Positions 1 to 8,014 of a DNA stretch of 64,000 nt are shown piece by piece. The notes below the pieces were generated by a model that was not told where the DNA came from, did no database searches, and was given only the letters and a program-made list of their open reading frames with translations. Origin of the DNA: an uncultured Oscillospiraceae bacterium (GTDB taxonomy: Bacteria; Bacillota; Clostridia; Oscillospirales; Acutalibacteraceae); assembly GCA_900545655.1 (NCBI GenBank), contig UQZY01000002.1, positions 22,543-86,542 of the forward strand, given 5' to 3'. Numbering within the stretch: position 1 is the first letter of the stretch; every line of letters starts with the position of its first letter. Both the position numbers and the translations under genes were made by a program.

Positions 1-506
1 AGATGAAGCTTCTTGTACTCTGCAACGATACGGTCTATTTCATCTTTTCCCTTGTAGGTGAGGAAGATAGGACCGGTGTTTGCGTCACATGTGTCAACGT
101 GTCTTATTCTGTCGGCTTCCTTGTCGGCACGTGTAAGTTCATGCTTTTTGATTTTTCCCGAGATATACTCGTCAATTGATGCGCATCCGACAATGCCGGT
201 CTGCGTGCAGCCGTTCATAGTTTGCATGTATATGTAGAAACAAGGTGTGTTATCCTGCTTGCATATCTCGTCTGTCTCAAGACTTTTAAGATTTTTTGCT
301 GCGGTCTCATAGACGATATCCGAATAAATATCCGTATCCTTCGGAAGGTCTATCTCCGCCTTATCAACGTGAAGAAAAGAGTATGGGTTGCCCTTAACCT
401 TTTCGCGTGCCTCGTCGGATGTCATTACATCGTATGGGAGAGCGGCTACAAGGCTTGCATACTGCGGCATGGGGCGGACTGCTTTAAAAGGTCTGAAAAC
501 TGACAT
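1..506 (-). CDS. DUF1015 family protein, N-terminal part (gene runs off window start)
   Basis: Minus-strand ORF open to position 1. Hand translation from ATG 506-504 gives MSVFRPFKAVRPMPQYASLVAALPYDVMTSDEAREKV...KKHELTRADKEADRIRHVDTCDANTGPIFLTYK, which matches the conserved DUF1015 N-terminal blocks as I recall them. GGATGG SD-like 7 nt upstream. Confidence 0.55.
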   Translation of the reverse strand, partial: MSVFRPFKAVRPMPQYASLVAALPYDVMTSDEAREKVKGNPYSFLHVDKAEIDLPKDTDIYSDIVYETAAKNLKSLETDEICKQDNTPCFYIYMQTMNGCTQTGIVGCASIDEYISGKIKKHELTRADKEADRIRHVDTCDANTGPIFLTYKGKDEIDRIVAEYKKLH

Positions 507-551
507 GGGTAAACACCATCCTGAAAATTTTTGTTCCGTTGGGGAAATGAA

Positions 552-767
552 TTAAAGTGAAAAGTCGTCCTCGGAATAGTCATTGAAAATCTTTGCTTCA
601 CCCTTGGGTCTGCGCTTAAAGACATCATACTTGAATGATGAGCATGAAGAGCCCGGCATCATTATACCCTTTTTTATGCAAAGAATCATTGCATCGTCCG
701 GAGAAAAACGACCGAATGAGCAGTATTCGCATGCCGGTATTTTGTTGAAGTTAAAAAGCTTTTTCAT
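552..767 (-). CDS. small Cys-rich hypothetical protein (71 aa)
   Basis: ATG at 767 preceded by AAAGAGGA with 7 nt spacing. Product MKKLFNFNKIPACEYCSFGRF...SSCSS has four or more Cys. Sits between ylbJ and the DUF1015 gene on the same strand. Confidence 0.4.
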   Translation of the reverse strand: MKKLFNFNKIPACEYCSFGRFSPDDAMILCIKKGIMMPGSSCSSFKYDVFKRRPKGEAKIFNDYSEDDFSL

Positions 768-802
768 TTTCAATTCCTCTTTTTTTTACTGACGACAAGA
801 TT

Positions 803-2047
803 TTAACATAAGTCTTTAGGTATATCAAGGTCGAGTACAAGTAAAATTGACATAAAGAGCATTGAGGCGCATGCGACGGCGGAGAGAGACACGTCGGCGT
901 ATGTAGGTACGGACGTTGAAAGAAAGACCTCGGAGATATTCGGAAACAGGAGGCAGGCGGCGCGGCAGAAGAGAAAAGAGAGTCCGCCGCAGGCTACACG
1001 GGAGATGAGAAATTTTGAATAGGTGAGGCCGCCTGCCGAGATGCTGTCATGCACCTGAGCATGGACGCAGAATCCGCAAAAAGACAGCATGGCAGCAACA
1101 CTCGGGAGCAAAAGGGCTCCCGAGCCTTCGGCGCAGAGCATGGCACAGCCTGCCGTGACCTCAAGGGACGCCTTGAATATGTTTGGCAGGTCTGAAAGCA
1201 ATGCTGTCAGCGCCGAGAAAATCACAACATAAGCGCATATTTGAAGCATGGCAACAGATGAGCCGTTTACAGAAGCACAAAACGCTTCAAGAAAAGTTGT
1301 TTTGTCCTGTGAATACTCTTGCGAAGTGTTAAGGCTGTTTTGCGAATATTTTTTAATGTTGCTTTGAGAGGGACTGGAGTTGCTTTGAAGAGTGGCGGAG
1401 TTGTTTTGCGGAGCATTAAGGCTGCTTTGTGAAAGACTTTGAATACTGTCTTGTGAAGAATTTTTAACATTGCTTTGCAGTTTGTTGAATTGTTTGCCTG
1501 TACCCCGGAGTCTTGAACTGTTGCAGAGCATAAGACCCAGAAGAAGAGATGAGATGATCATCGAGGTATAAAGAAGAACTCCCGCTTTTATGCTGCCGAG
1601 CATGGAATAGCCTACGGTGCCTATAACGAAAGCGGGACCTGCATTTATGGAAAAGAGGCAGAGTAGTCCTGCCTCTTTTTTACTGATTTTTTGTTCCTTA
1701 CAAAGCTCCGCCGCCATGTGAGGCCCTACGGGAAAGCCTCCGATAAGGGACATAAGTATGACGGGACCGCAGTTTCCGGACAATCCGAATAGAGCTTTTG
1801 TTGTCGGTGACATAAGTGTACCCAACTTTTCAAGAAGTGGTGTTTTTGCTATGAACGACGAAAAAACAAGAAATGGGAACAGGGACGGAATCACCGCCCT
1901 TGAACACAGAGAGAGGGCGTCTGTAACGGCCTTTGAAATAATGCCGGTTTTTGTTATGAGCTCTACTCCGGTGATTGCTGCAAGGGTGAGCAAAAGGGTG
2001 GTCTTTATGACCTCAACCGGCTTTTTTGACGTTGTCTTTTCTTGCAT
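803..2047 (-). CDS. ylbJ: sporulation integral membrane protein YlbJ-like (two nucleoside-recognition/Gate domains) with internal S/Q/N-rich insertion
   Basis: 414-aa polytopic membrane protein. N- and C-terminal halves resemble the nucleoside transporter/FeoB Gate domain of YlbJ. The central approx. 60 aa are low-complexity (QSNVKNSSQDSIQSLSQSSLNAPQNNSATLQSNSSPSQSN). Confidence 0.65.
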   Translation of the reverse strand: MQEKTTSKKPVEVIKTTLLLTLAAITGVELITKTGIISKAVTDALSLCSRAVIPSLFPFLVFSSFIAKTPLLEKLGTLMSPTTKALFGLSGNCGPVILMSLIGGFPVGPHMAAELCKEQKISKKEAGLLCLFSINAGPAFVIGTVGYSMLGSIKAGVLLYTSMIISSLLLGLMLCNSSRLRGTGKQFNKLQSNVKNSSQDSIQSLSQSSLNAPQNNSATLQSNSSPSQSNIKKYSQNSLNTSQEYSQDKTTFLEAFCASVNGSSVAMLQICAYVVIFSALTALLSDLPNIFKASLEVTAGCAMLCAEGSGALLLPSVAAMLSFCGFCVHAQVHDSISAGGLTYSKFLISRVACGGLSFLFCRAACLLFPNISEVFLSTSVPTYADVSLSAVACASMLFMSILLVLDLDIPKDLC

Positions 2048-2267
2048 ACTTTATGACCTCACCCTTTTGCTCAAATTCAATGCGCAGAAATTTTCCGTTT
2101 ATATACATCTCTCCGTCGGCGTAGGAAAGCATTGAAATATTCTCGCCGAATATGCTTATCTCCAGCTCATCCGTGTCGAGCGTCACCCTGTCGTCGGTGT
2201 AGGCGAGAATTCCCTTGCAGCCGCTTATGTACAATTCTTTTTTGTTACTCATTTCAAGTCCGAACAT
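2013..2267 (-). CDS. yqfC: YabP/YqfC-family sporulation protein
   Basis: 84 aa with ISGCKGILAYTDDRVTLDTDELEISIFGENISM...GEMYINGKFLRIEF, typical of the YqfC/YabP beta-barrel. GGGAGGG RBS 9 nt upstream of ATG 2267. Overlaps the ylbJ start by 35 nt. Confidence 0.65.
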   Translation of the reverse strand: MFGLEMSNKKELYISGCKGILAYTDDRVTLDTDELEISIFGENISMLSYADGEMYINGKFLRIEFEQKGEVIKYARKDNVKKAG

Positions 2268-2283
2268 GACAGCTTATCCCTCC

Positions 2284-2325
2284 CAATCATAATGTATGGG
2301 AATTTGCAATATAATATTCCGGGTG
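2284..2325 (-). promoter_or_regulatory. candidate sigma-E-type sporulation promoter for yqfC-ylbJ
   Basis: On the minus strand the sequence reads gAATATT-N14-CATACATT ending approx. 24 nt before the yqfC ATG. This fits the ATATT-N14-CATACAnT sigma-E consensus as I remember it. Confidence 0.3.
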
Positions 2326-3525
2326 ATGATTTTGGATATTACGCAAAAAGCCTTAAGACTGTTTTTCGGATATGTTATGTTTGAGGCATCGGGAGGATTT
2401 CCGGATCGATTTTTTGATTCATGCAGGGCAAACGGCATAGACCTTTTTGACGTTACGAGAAAAAACGGCAATATATATGCAGGTGTAAGAATTTCTGATT
2501 ATAAAAGGATGCCCTCCGTCAGAAAAAACTCGGATATGAGTCTGCATATAGTCGAAAAGCGCGGACTGCCTTTTATGATTTACAAAAGGCGCAGCAGAGT
2601 TGGGCTTGCGGTAGGTTTCATTATTTTTATCATAATTCTGTGTGTTCTGTCGGGTATGCTTTTAAGCATAGATGTTGAGGGCAATGTAGATGTAGACGAG
2701 AATGAAATAATAAAGGCGTTTGAGGAAAACGGAGTGAGGGTCGGTGCAAGGATAAAGAAGATAGATATAACGGATGTCGAGAATCGTGTCTGCGCACAAA
2801 TTCCGGAGCTTGCATGGGTTTCTCTGAATATCTCGGGTACGGTCGCGCAGATAAAAGTACGGGAGGGGGTAAGGGCGCCCGAAATAGCAAGGGATGAAAA
2901 GCCCTGCAATATAATTGCAAAATACGGCGGACAGATCTCACAGTACGAGGTGTATGAGGGTACGGCGGAGCAACAGATAAACGCCGCCGTATCAAAGGGA
3001 GATTTGCTTATCTCCGGTATTATAACCTACAAGGACGGCACTACCGTTCTCCGTCCGGCGCGAGGAAAGGTTTTTGCAAAAACCGAACGTACGCTCTCTT
3101 TCACGCCGAATGAGGATTTTGAGATTTTTTATGTAAAAAGGATAATAAGGTCATACACGCTGGATTTTTTCGGGATGCGGTATACGTCGCCCCGCCGTTT
3201 TTTCAGAAAAGGGCAGGAATACGTGTACGGCAGCGAATACGAGGAGAGAGCGTATGTGAACGGAGTGAGTATCCCCGTTTGCATCTCGGAAAATCACGAG
3301 CTTGTGATGGGAGACGCGGTTTGCGACGGACTGTGCGGAGATACACGAAAAAAGAGCGTTTTTTTTGACGCTTTTCTCAGGGAAATTCGTGAAAACACAG
3401 ATATAGAAACAATCAGGGAGTGCGATGTAAATGTCGATGACAATGGGAAATTGGCATTTATAGGGAACTTTTCGATGGTAGAGGATATCGGTGAAACGGC
3501 TGAACTCTTGTATACAGAGTCTTGA
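2326..3525 (+). CDS. yqfD: sporulation protein YqfD (stage IV-like)
   Basis: N-terminus LRLFFGYVMFEASGGFPDRFFDSCRANGIDLFDV resembles the B. subtilis YqfD N-terminus (FFSGKV..E.TG.GIERLLNEC...GI.VF.V). A TM segment follows. The start is ambiguous (GTG 2323 or ATG 2326) and no clear SD is present. Confidence 0.65.
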   Translation: MILDITQKALRLFFGYVMFEASGGFPDRFFDSCRANGIDLFDVTRKNGNIYAGVRISDYKRMPSVRKNSDMSLHIVEKRGLPFMIYKRRSRVGLAVGFIIFIIILCVLSGMLLSIDVEGNVDVDENEIIKAFEENGVRVGARIKKIDITDVENRVCAQIPELAWVSLNISGTVAQIKVREGVRAPEIARDEKPCNIIAKYGGQISQYEVYEGTAEQQINAAVSKGDLLISGIITYKDGTTVLRPARGKVFAKTERTLSFTPNEDFEIFYVKRIIRSYTLDFFGMRYTSPRRFFRKGQEYVYGSEYEERAYVNGVSIPVCISENHELVMGDAVCDGLCGDTRKKSVFFDAFLREIRENTDIETIRECDVNVDDNGKLAFIGNFSMVEDIGETAELLYTES

Positions 3526-3682
3526 CAGACCACAATATACAGAAATTTTAATTTCAACAAAAGAACCTCTCACAATAAAATTCTGTTAATTTTAGCTAAA
3601 ATGTCTATTAACTTTTTATGAATAATAGATTATAATGTTAGCGTATAAATGGAAATTTAACATAGTATGGCAGGGCAAGCGG

Positions 3683-4684
3683 ATGGCAGAAAAAATTATT
3701 CATTTTGATGACGCGGAGAAGATTCAGCAGCTTTTCGGAAATCTTGACGAAAACTCGAAAATAATCGAGGAAGAGTACAGGGTTACGATGATTTTCCGCG
3801 GTGACGTACTTAAGATAAGCGGGGACGAAAAGGACATAAGCTCCGCAACCGGCGTGCTTGACGGACTTATGGAACTTTTATCACGCGGCGAAGAGATAAA
3901 AGAGCAGAACGTGCGTTATGCAATCGAGATGGAAAAGCAGGGCTCTGTTTCGGAACTGTCCCGTCTTGTTTCAGACTGTATATGTATCACATCGAGCGGC
4001 AAGCCCATCAAGGCTAAAACCGTAGGTCAGAAGCGGTATATCAACGCAATTCGTGAAAACACGGTCGTGTTCGGTATCGGTCCTGCCGGAACAGGAAAGA
4101 CCTACCTTGCGGTGGCCATGGCAGTAAAGGCTTTTAAGGCCCATGAAGTAAACAGGATTATTCTCACAAGACCTGCTGTTGAAGCCGGAGAAAGCCTCGG
4201 GTTTCTCCCCGGCGACCTTCAGCAGAAGGTTGACCCGTATCTGCGACCCCTTTATGACGCCCTTTTCGAGATGTTCGGCGCAGAGGGCTTTCAAAGGCAG
4301 ATGGAAAAGGGAACTATAGAAGTTGCGCCGCTTGCGTATATGCGCGGACGTACTTTGGACGAGAGCTTTATCATCCTCGATGAAGCTCAGAATACGACTT
4401 CCGAACAGATGAAGATGTTTCTTACGCGTCTCGGAAACGGCTCAAAGGCTGTTGTGACAGGAGACGTAACACAGATAGATTTACCCGGCGGAAAGAAATC
4501 CGGGCTTAAAGAAGTAATAAAAATTCTTAAAAATATCGATGGTATCGCAACCGTTCGTTTTGATGAGAAGGACGTTGTGCGCCATCACCTTGTACAGGAA
4601 ATTGTTAAGGCGTATGAACGGTATGCCGAAAAAACGGAGGGCAGAATAAATGGCAAACAAAATCAAGGTCGTAATAACAAATGA
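3683..4684 (+). CDS. phoH: PhoH-like ATPase (KH + PhoH domains; YqfE/YbeZ family)
   Basis: Walker A GIGPAGTGKTYLAV, DEAQN Walker B and GFLPGDLQQKVDPYLRPLYDALFEMFG are present. ATG at 3683 follows a TATAAT at 3631-3636. Part of the conserved phoH-ybeY-era order. Confidence 0.85.
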   Translation: MAEKIIHFDDAEKIQQLFGNLDENSKIIEEEYRVTMIFRGDVLKISGDEKDISSATGVLDGLMELLSRGEEIKEQNVRYAIEMEKQGSVSELSRLVSDCICITSSGKPIKAKTVGQKRYINAIRENTVVFGIGPAGTGKTYLAVAMAVKAFKAHEVNRIILTRPAVEAGESLGFLPGDLQQKVDPYLRPLYDALFEMFGAEGFQRQMEKGTIEVAPLAYMRGRTLDESFIILDEAQNTTSEQMKMFLTRLGNGSKAVVTGDVTQIDLPGGKKSGLKEVIKILKNIDGIATVRFDEKDVVRHHLVQEIVKAYERYAEKTEGRINGKQNQGRNNK

Positions 4685-5156
4685 CCAGAAGGATATCAAG
4701 ATCCCCAAAGGTCTTCGTATGCTTATACGCCGTTGCTGCACAGCTGTTCTTGTCATGGAGGACTTTGATAAGGACGCGGAGGTAGATGTAAAGCTTGTAA
4801 ACAACGAACAGATACGGGAACTTAACAAGACCTTCAGAAACATCGACAAGGAGACGGATGTACTGTCTTTCCCACTCGGCTCCGACGGTAACTTTGACGT
4901 AAACCTTGACACCGGAGAAGCGCAGCTCGGCGACATAGTTATCTCTATAGAAAAAGCTATTGAGCAGGCAGAACGCTACGGGCACAGCCTCCAGCGTGAA
5001 GTAGGATACCTTACAGTTCACTCCATGCTTCATCTTCTCGGATATGACCACGAGAACGGCGGACTTGAGCTTTTACATATGAGAGAAAAGGAAGAACAGG
5101 CTTTGTCTGAACTCGGACTCAAGAGAGACGGAAGCTACTATATGGGAGACGAATAA
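4650..5156 (+). CDS. ybeY: rRNA maturation endoribonuclease YbeY
   Basis: HSMLHLLGYDHE zinc-binding motif. GGAGGG RBS 7 nt upstream. The start overlaps the phoH 3' end. Confidence 0.9.
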   Translation: MANKIKVVITNDQKDIKIPKGLRMLIRRCCTAVLVMEDFDKDAEVDVKLVNNEQIRELNKTFRNIDKETDVLSFPLGSDGNFDVNLDTGEAQLGDIVISIEKAIEQAERYGHSLQREVGYLTVHSMLHLLGYDHENGGLELLHMREKEEQALSELGLKRDGSYYMGDE

Positions 5157-6059
5157 ATGACAGATACCACAACAGCGTTTGTTGCGATAGTAGGCAAACC
5201 GAACGTTGGAAAATCATCACTTCTCAACAAATTGCTGGGTCAGAAGGTGGCTATAGTTTCAAATAAGCCACAGACAACAAGAACAAGAATAATGGGAGTG
5301 CTTACCGACGGTGAGTGTCAGTTGGTTTTCACTGACACTCCGGGTTATCACAGACCTAAAAATAAACTCGGTGAAAATATGGTACGTGCCACGCTCGACA
5401 GTATCGGGGGCGTTGACGCGTGCCTTTTTGTTGTTGAGCCGACAGAGGAATTGAGCCCGACGGAGGAAGAACTTATCAATCGCTTTAAGTCGCTGAAAAT
5501 CCCCGTGATTCTTGCGATAAACAAGATTGACACCGTGACGGACAAGACAGAGCTTATAAAGGTTATGTCGTCCCTTGGGGGCGAGTATGATTTTGAGGCG
5601 GTAGTTCCCATAAGTGCTGTAAATGGCGAGGGCTTGTCAGAACTTATGACAGAGCTCAAAGGACTTGCTCAGCCGTCCCCTCATTTCTTTCCCGATGACA
5701 CTTTGACCGACCAGCCCGAGCGTGTTATTGCCGGTGAAATCATACGCGAAAAGATGCTGAGACTCCTTGACAAGGAGATTCCTCACGGAATTGCGGTAAG
5801 CATAGAAAAAATGCGTGAACGTGAGGACAAGGATATCTTAGATATTGAAGCCACCATTTACTGTGAACGCGAAAGCCATAAGGGAATTGTGATAGGCAAG
5901 GGCGGAAAAATGCTTAAAAAGATATCCACCTACGCCCGCTCTGATATGGAAAAGTTTTTTGACTGCCACGTAAACCTGCAGTGCTGGGTAAAGGTCAAAG
6001 AGGGCTGGCGTGACAGGGAAGGTCTTATCCACAATTTCGGACTTGACAGCGGAGAATAA
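5157..6059 (+). CDS. era: GTPase Era
   Basis: G1 motif GKPNVGKSSLLN, DTPG, and a C-terminal KH domain (GIVIGKGGKMLKKI). Starts immediately after the ybeY stop. Confidence 0.9.
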   Translation: MTDTTTAFVAIVGKPNVGKSSLLNKLLGQKVAIVSNKPQTTRTRIMGVLTDGECQLVFTDTPGYHRPKNKLGENMVRATLDSIGGVDACLFVVEPTEELSPTEEELINRFKSLKIPVILAINKIDTVTDKTELIKVMSSLGGEYDFEAVVPISAVNGEGLSELMTELKGLAQPSPHFFPDDTLTDQPERVIAGEIIREKMLRLLDKEIPHGIAVSIEKMREREDKDILDIEATIYCERESHKGIVIGKGGKMLKKISTYARSDMEKFFDCHVNLQCWVKVKEGWRDREGLIHNFGLDSGE

Positions 6060-6224
6060 ATGCTTTTGCAAATATTGGGTTCATAGTGAACAGACGTTAC
6101 ACGTCATATGCTACGGGATTTTTATATGTGCGTGTATAACAATCGTCGTATACGCAATCTGTTATACAATTGTTTACGCTGTTACTGCAAGGACATACTA
6201 CAAAATAGTCAGTGAATAAAAAAT

Positions 6225-6261
6225 ACGGACGCAGGAATGCATATCGCATTCCCCCGTCCGT
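6225..6261. terminator. bidirectional rho-independent terminator (era / higA-like convergent)
   Basis: acggacgcaggaatgc-atat-gcattcccccgtccgt forms a hairpin. It has a T-run on the plus strand and an A-run upstream. Confidence 0.6.
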
Positions 6262-6287
6262 GTTTCATTTTATCTCTGCAACAATTA

Positions 6288-6566
6288 TTATTTGTTTGGA
6301 ACGAATTCAACCTTCAAATGCATATCCATGCCATCTGCAAGGCGTTCGAGCATTTTGAGTGTAGGGTTTCCGTTGCCACTTTCTATTCTGCTTATGTCTG
6401 ATTGCGCAATACCGGATTTCATCGACAATTCATGTTGCGTCATATTTATACTTTTTCTTGCTTCAATCAGCGCTTTGATTACTTCGTACTGAGGCTGTAG
6501 CTTTTCGTATTCATGTCTGAATTCATCATCTTTCATTTTTTCGGAAAGAAAGTCACTGTATCTCAT
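6288..6566 (-). CDS. XRE-family HTH antitoxin (HigA-like)
   Basis: 92 aa with the HTH_3 motif INMTQHELSMKSGIAQSDISRIESG. Its ATG overlaps the upstream toxin stop in an ATGA arrangement. Confidence 0.75.
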   Translation of the reverse strand: MRYSDFLSEKMKDDEFRHEYEKLQPQYEVIKALIEARKSINMTQHELSMKSGIAQSDISRIESGNGNPTLKMLERLADGMDMHLKVEFVPNK

Positions 6567-6917
6567 TCATCTTTTCCTCCTTGCAATTTTATATATTTTT
6601 CTTTCAGATTTATGGCTTTTCTGTATTCATCAACAGGCAAATTCTGCTGCTTTTTAACGAATCCGTTTGTTATGATTATTTTTTCCCTGGCTGAAAAAAT
6701 ATAATATCCTTATTATCGAGTCTTTTCCTTTTGTTCTTAACTCGAAAATGCCATTTCCTATATACCTTGAAAATGGCATTCCGAGTGAATTTCCATATTC
6801 GGATAGCAAATCTATGTTTCGTAGAACTTTTGCTAAAAGCTTGTTATCGAGTGTATTGAGGAATTCGGCTATGTGTGATTTTCCGTTTTCTTCATAAAAA
6901 ATAATTTCAAAATTCAT
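6563..6917 (-). pseudogene. HigB/Gp49-like (RelE/ParE superfamily) toxin gene, frameshifted at an A6 homopolymer
   Basis: Frame A (6917-6654) gives MNFEIIFYEENGKSHIAEFL...GNGIFELRTKGKDSIIRILYFFSQGKNNHNKRIR*. Another frame continues AREKIIITNGFVKKQQNLPVDEYRKAINLKEKYIKLQGGKDE*, which is the expected family C-terminus. The stop of that frame overlaps the antitoxin ATG. Removing one A from the run at 6679-6684 (plus-strand T6) restores a 117-aa ORF. Confidence 0.6.
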
Positions 6918-6935
6918 TGGAATACCCCTACTGAT

Positions 6936-6986
6936 ATAGGATATATCCTATAAACATAATATTAGATATATCCTATCTTTGTCAAT
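6936..6986 (-). promoter_or_regulatory. TA operon promoter with palindromic operator
   Basis: Perfect 16-bp palindrome ATAGGATATATCCTAT (6936-6951). The half-site GATATATCCTAT recurs at 6965-6976. On the minus strand TTGACA (6986-6981), 18 nt, then TATTAT (6962-6957). AGGGG RBS before toxin ATG 6917. Confidence 0.5.
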
Positions 6987-7087
6987 ACTTTTTTTTACTT
7001 GAATATATCCGAATAAATTTTAAAATCAATGCTTTTGCAATGAACGGTCGAAAATCAGGTTTGAAAGGTCTCAATATGTTAAAATAT

Positions 7088-7116
7088 TTGCATTGACAGA
7101 GGTTTGTACGTATAAT
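7088..7116 (+). promoter_or_regulatory. sigma-A-type promoter for recO
   Basis: TTGCAT-17 nt-TATAAT, ending 29 nt upstream of the recO start. Confidence 0.5.
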
Positions 7117-7144
7117 TAACTTGTGTGAAGGGGAGGCGGTTTGA

Positions 7145-7954
7145 TTGCATATTGAGACGGACGGTCTTGTTATAAAAGAACAGAATGTCGGCGAATCCGA
7201 CCGCCTTATCACTGTGCTTACGGGACAGTACGGTCTTATAAGGGCCTTTGTTTCCGGAGGAAAAACCATAAAGAACAGAAATCTTGCCGGGACGCAGCTT
7301 CTCGCATACTCTGATTTTATGTTCTATAAGGGCAGGGATTCCTATAACGTGAATCATGCGGCGGAGCGCGAGGTTTTTTTCGACTTGCGTTCCAATATCG
7401 AGAACCTGAGCCTTGCCTTTTATCTTGCAGAGCTTTTCGGTGAGCTTGCACCCGAAAGCGCACAGTGTGATGAGCTGCTGAAATTGCTTCTCAACAGTAT
7501 CTACCTGCTATCGAAGGAAAAATGTGACCCGAGGATTGTAAAATCTGTCGCTGAACTGCGAAGTCTTTCAATTTCGGGATACATGCCCTCGCTTGTGGCC
7601 TGCCGTGAATGCGGAGAGTTTGAGTCGGACCTTTTTTATTTCAGCATAAGGAACGGAGATATCTGCTGCAGGGCGTGTATGGGTGACAGATCGGGACATT
7701 CGGAAGGCTCCGGCGCTTCCGTGCCGCAGAGCAGCAAGGAGTTTTCGGCGTATGGGTTTGATGCCTCACAGTGTCCGCTGAGCTACAGCGCCGTTACCGC
7801 AATGAGGCATATCATATACAGCGAGCCGAAGAAGGTGTTCGATTTTACTCTCGCACCGAATGCACTTTCCGAGCTCTCGACCGTCACGGAAAGCTTCGCA
7901 CTTTTCCAGACCGGAAGGAATTACAATACACTTGATTTTTACAAAAGCCTGTAG
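7145..7954 (+). CDS. recO: DNA repair protein RecO
   Basis: TTG start with GGAGG 8 nt upstream. N-terminal OB-fold block GLVIKEQNVGESDRLITVLTGQYGLIRAFVSGGK and C-terminal Cys4 zinc motif CRECGE...CCRAC match the RecO layout. Confidence 0.85.
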   Translation: MHIETDGLVIKEQNVGESDRLITVLTGQYGLIRAFVSGGKTIKNRNLAGTQLLAYSDFMFYKGRDSYNVNHAAEREVFFDLRSNIENLSLAFYLAELFGELAPESAQCDELLKLLLNSIYLLSKEKCDPRIVKSVAELRSLSISGYMPSLVACRECGEFESDLFYFSIRNGDICCRACMGDRSGHSEGSGASVPQSSKEFSAYGFDASQCPLSYSAVTAMRHIIYSEPKKVFDFTLAPNALSELSTVTESFALFQTGRNYNTLDFYKSL

Positions 7955-8014
7955 CAAGAACACAAACGATTTATTCCCAAAATGAATTTTATCAATAGAC
8001 TAAACGGAGAAACC

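Noticed and set aside
222-792. Plus-strand ORFs 222-503 and 583-792
   Set aside because: They overlap the well-supported minus-strand DUF1015 and small Cys-rich genes. No RBS, and the products are hydrophobic junk.
2296-2325. Longer yqfD start at ATG 2296
   Set aside because: It would add MGICNIIFRV before the conserved N-terminus and leave only 28 bp to the divergent yqfC start. No RBS. The 2326 start matches the B. subtilis N-terminal spacing better.
6010-6219. 69-aa ORF after era plus inverted repeat tgtataaca/tgttataca
   Set aside because: It starts inside the era coding end with no RBS. The inverted repeat is short (9 bp) and lies within the AT-rich terminator region, so it is likely chance.
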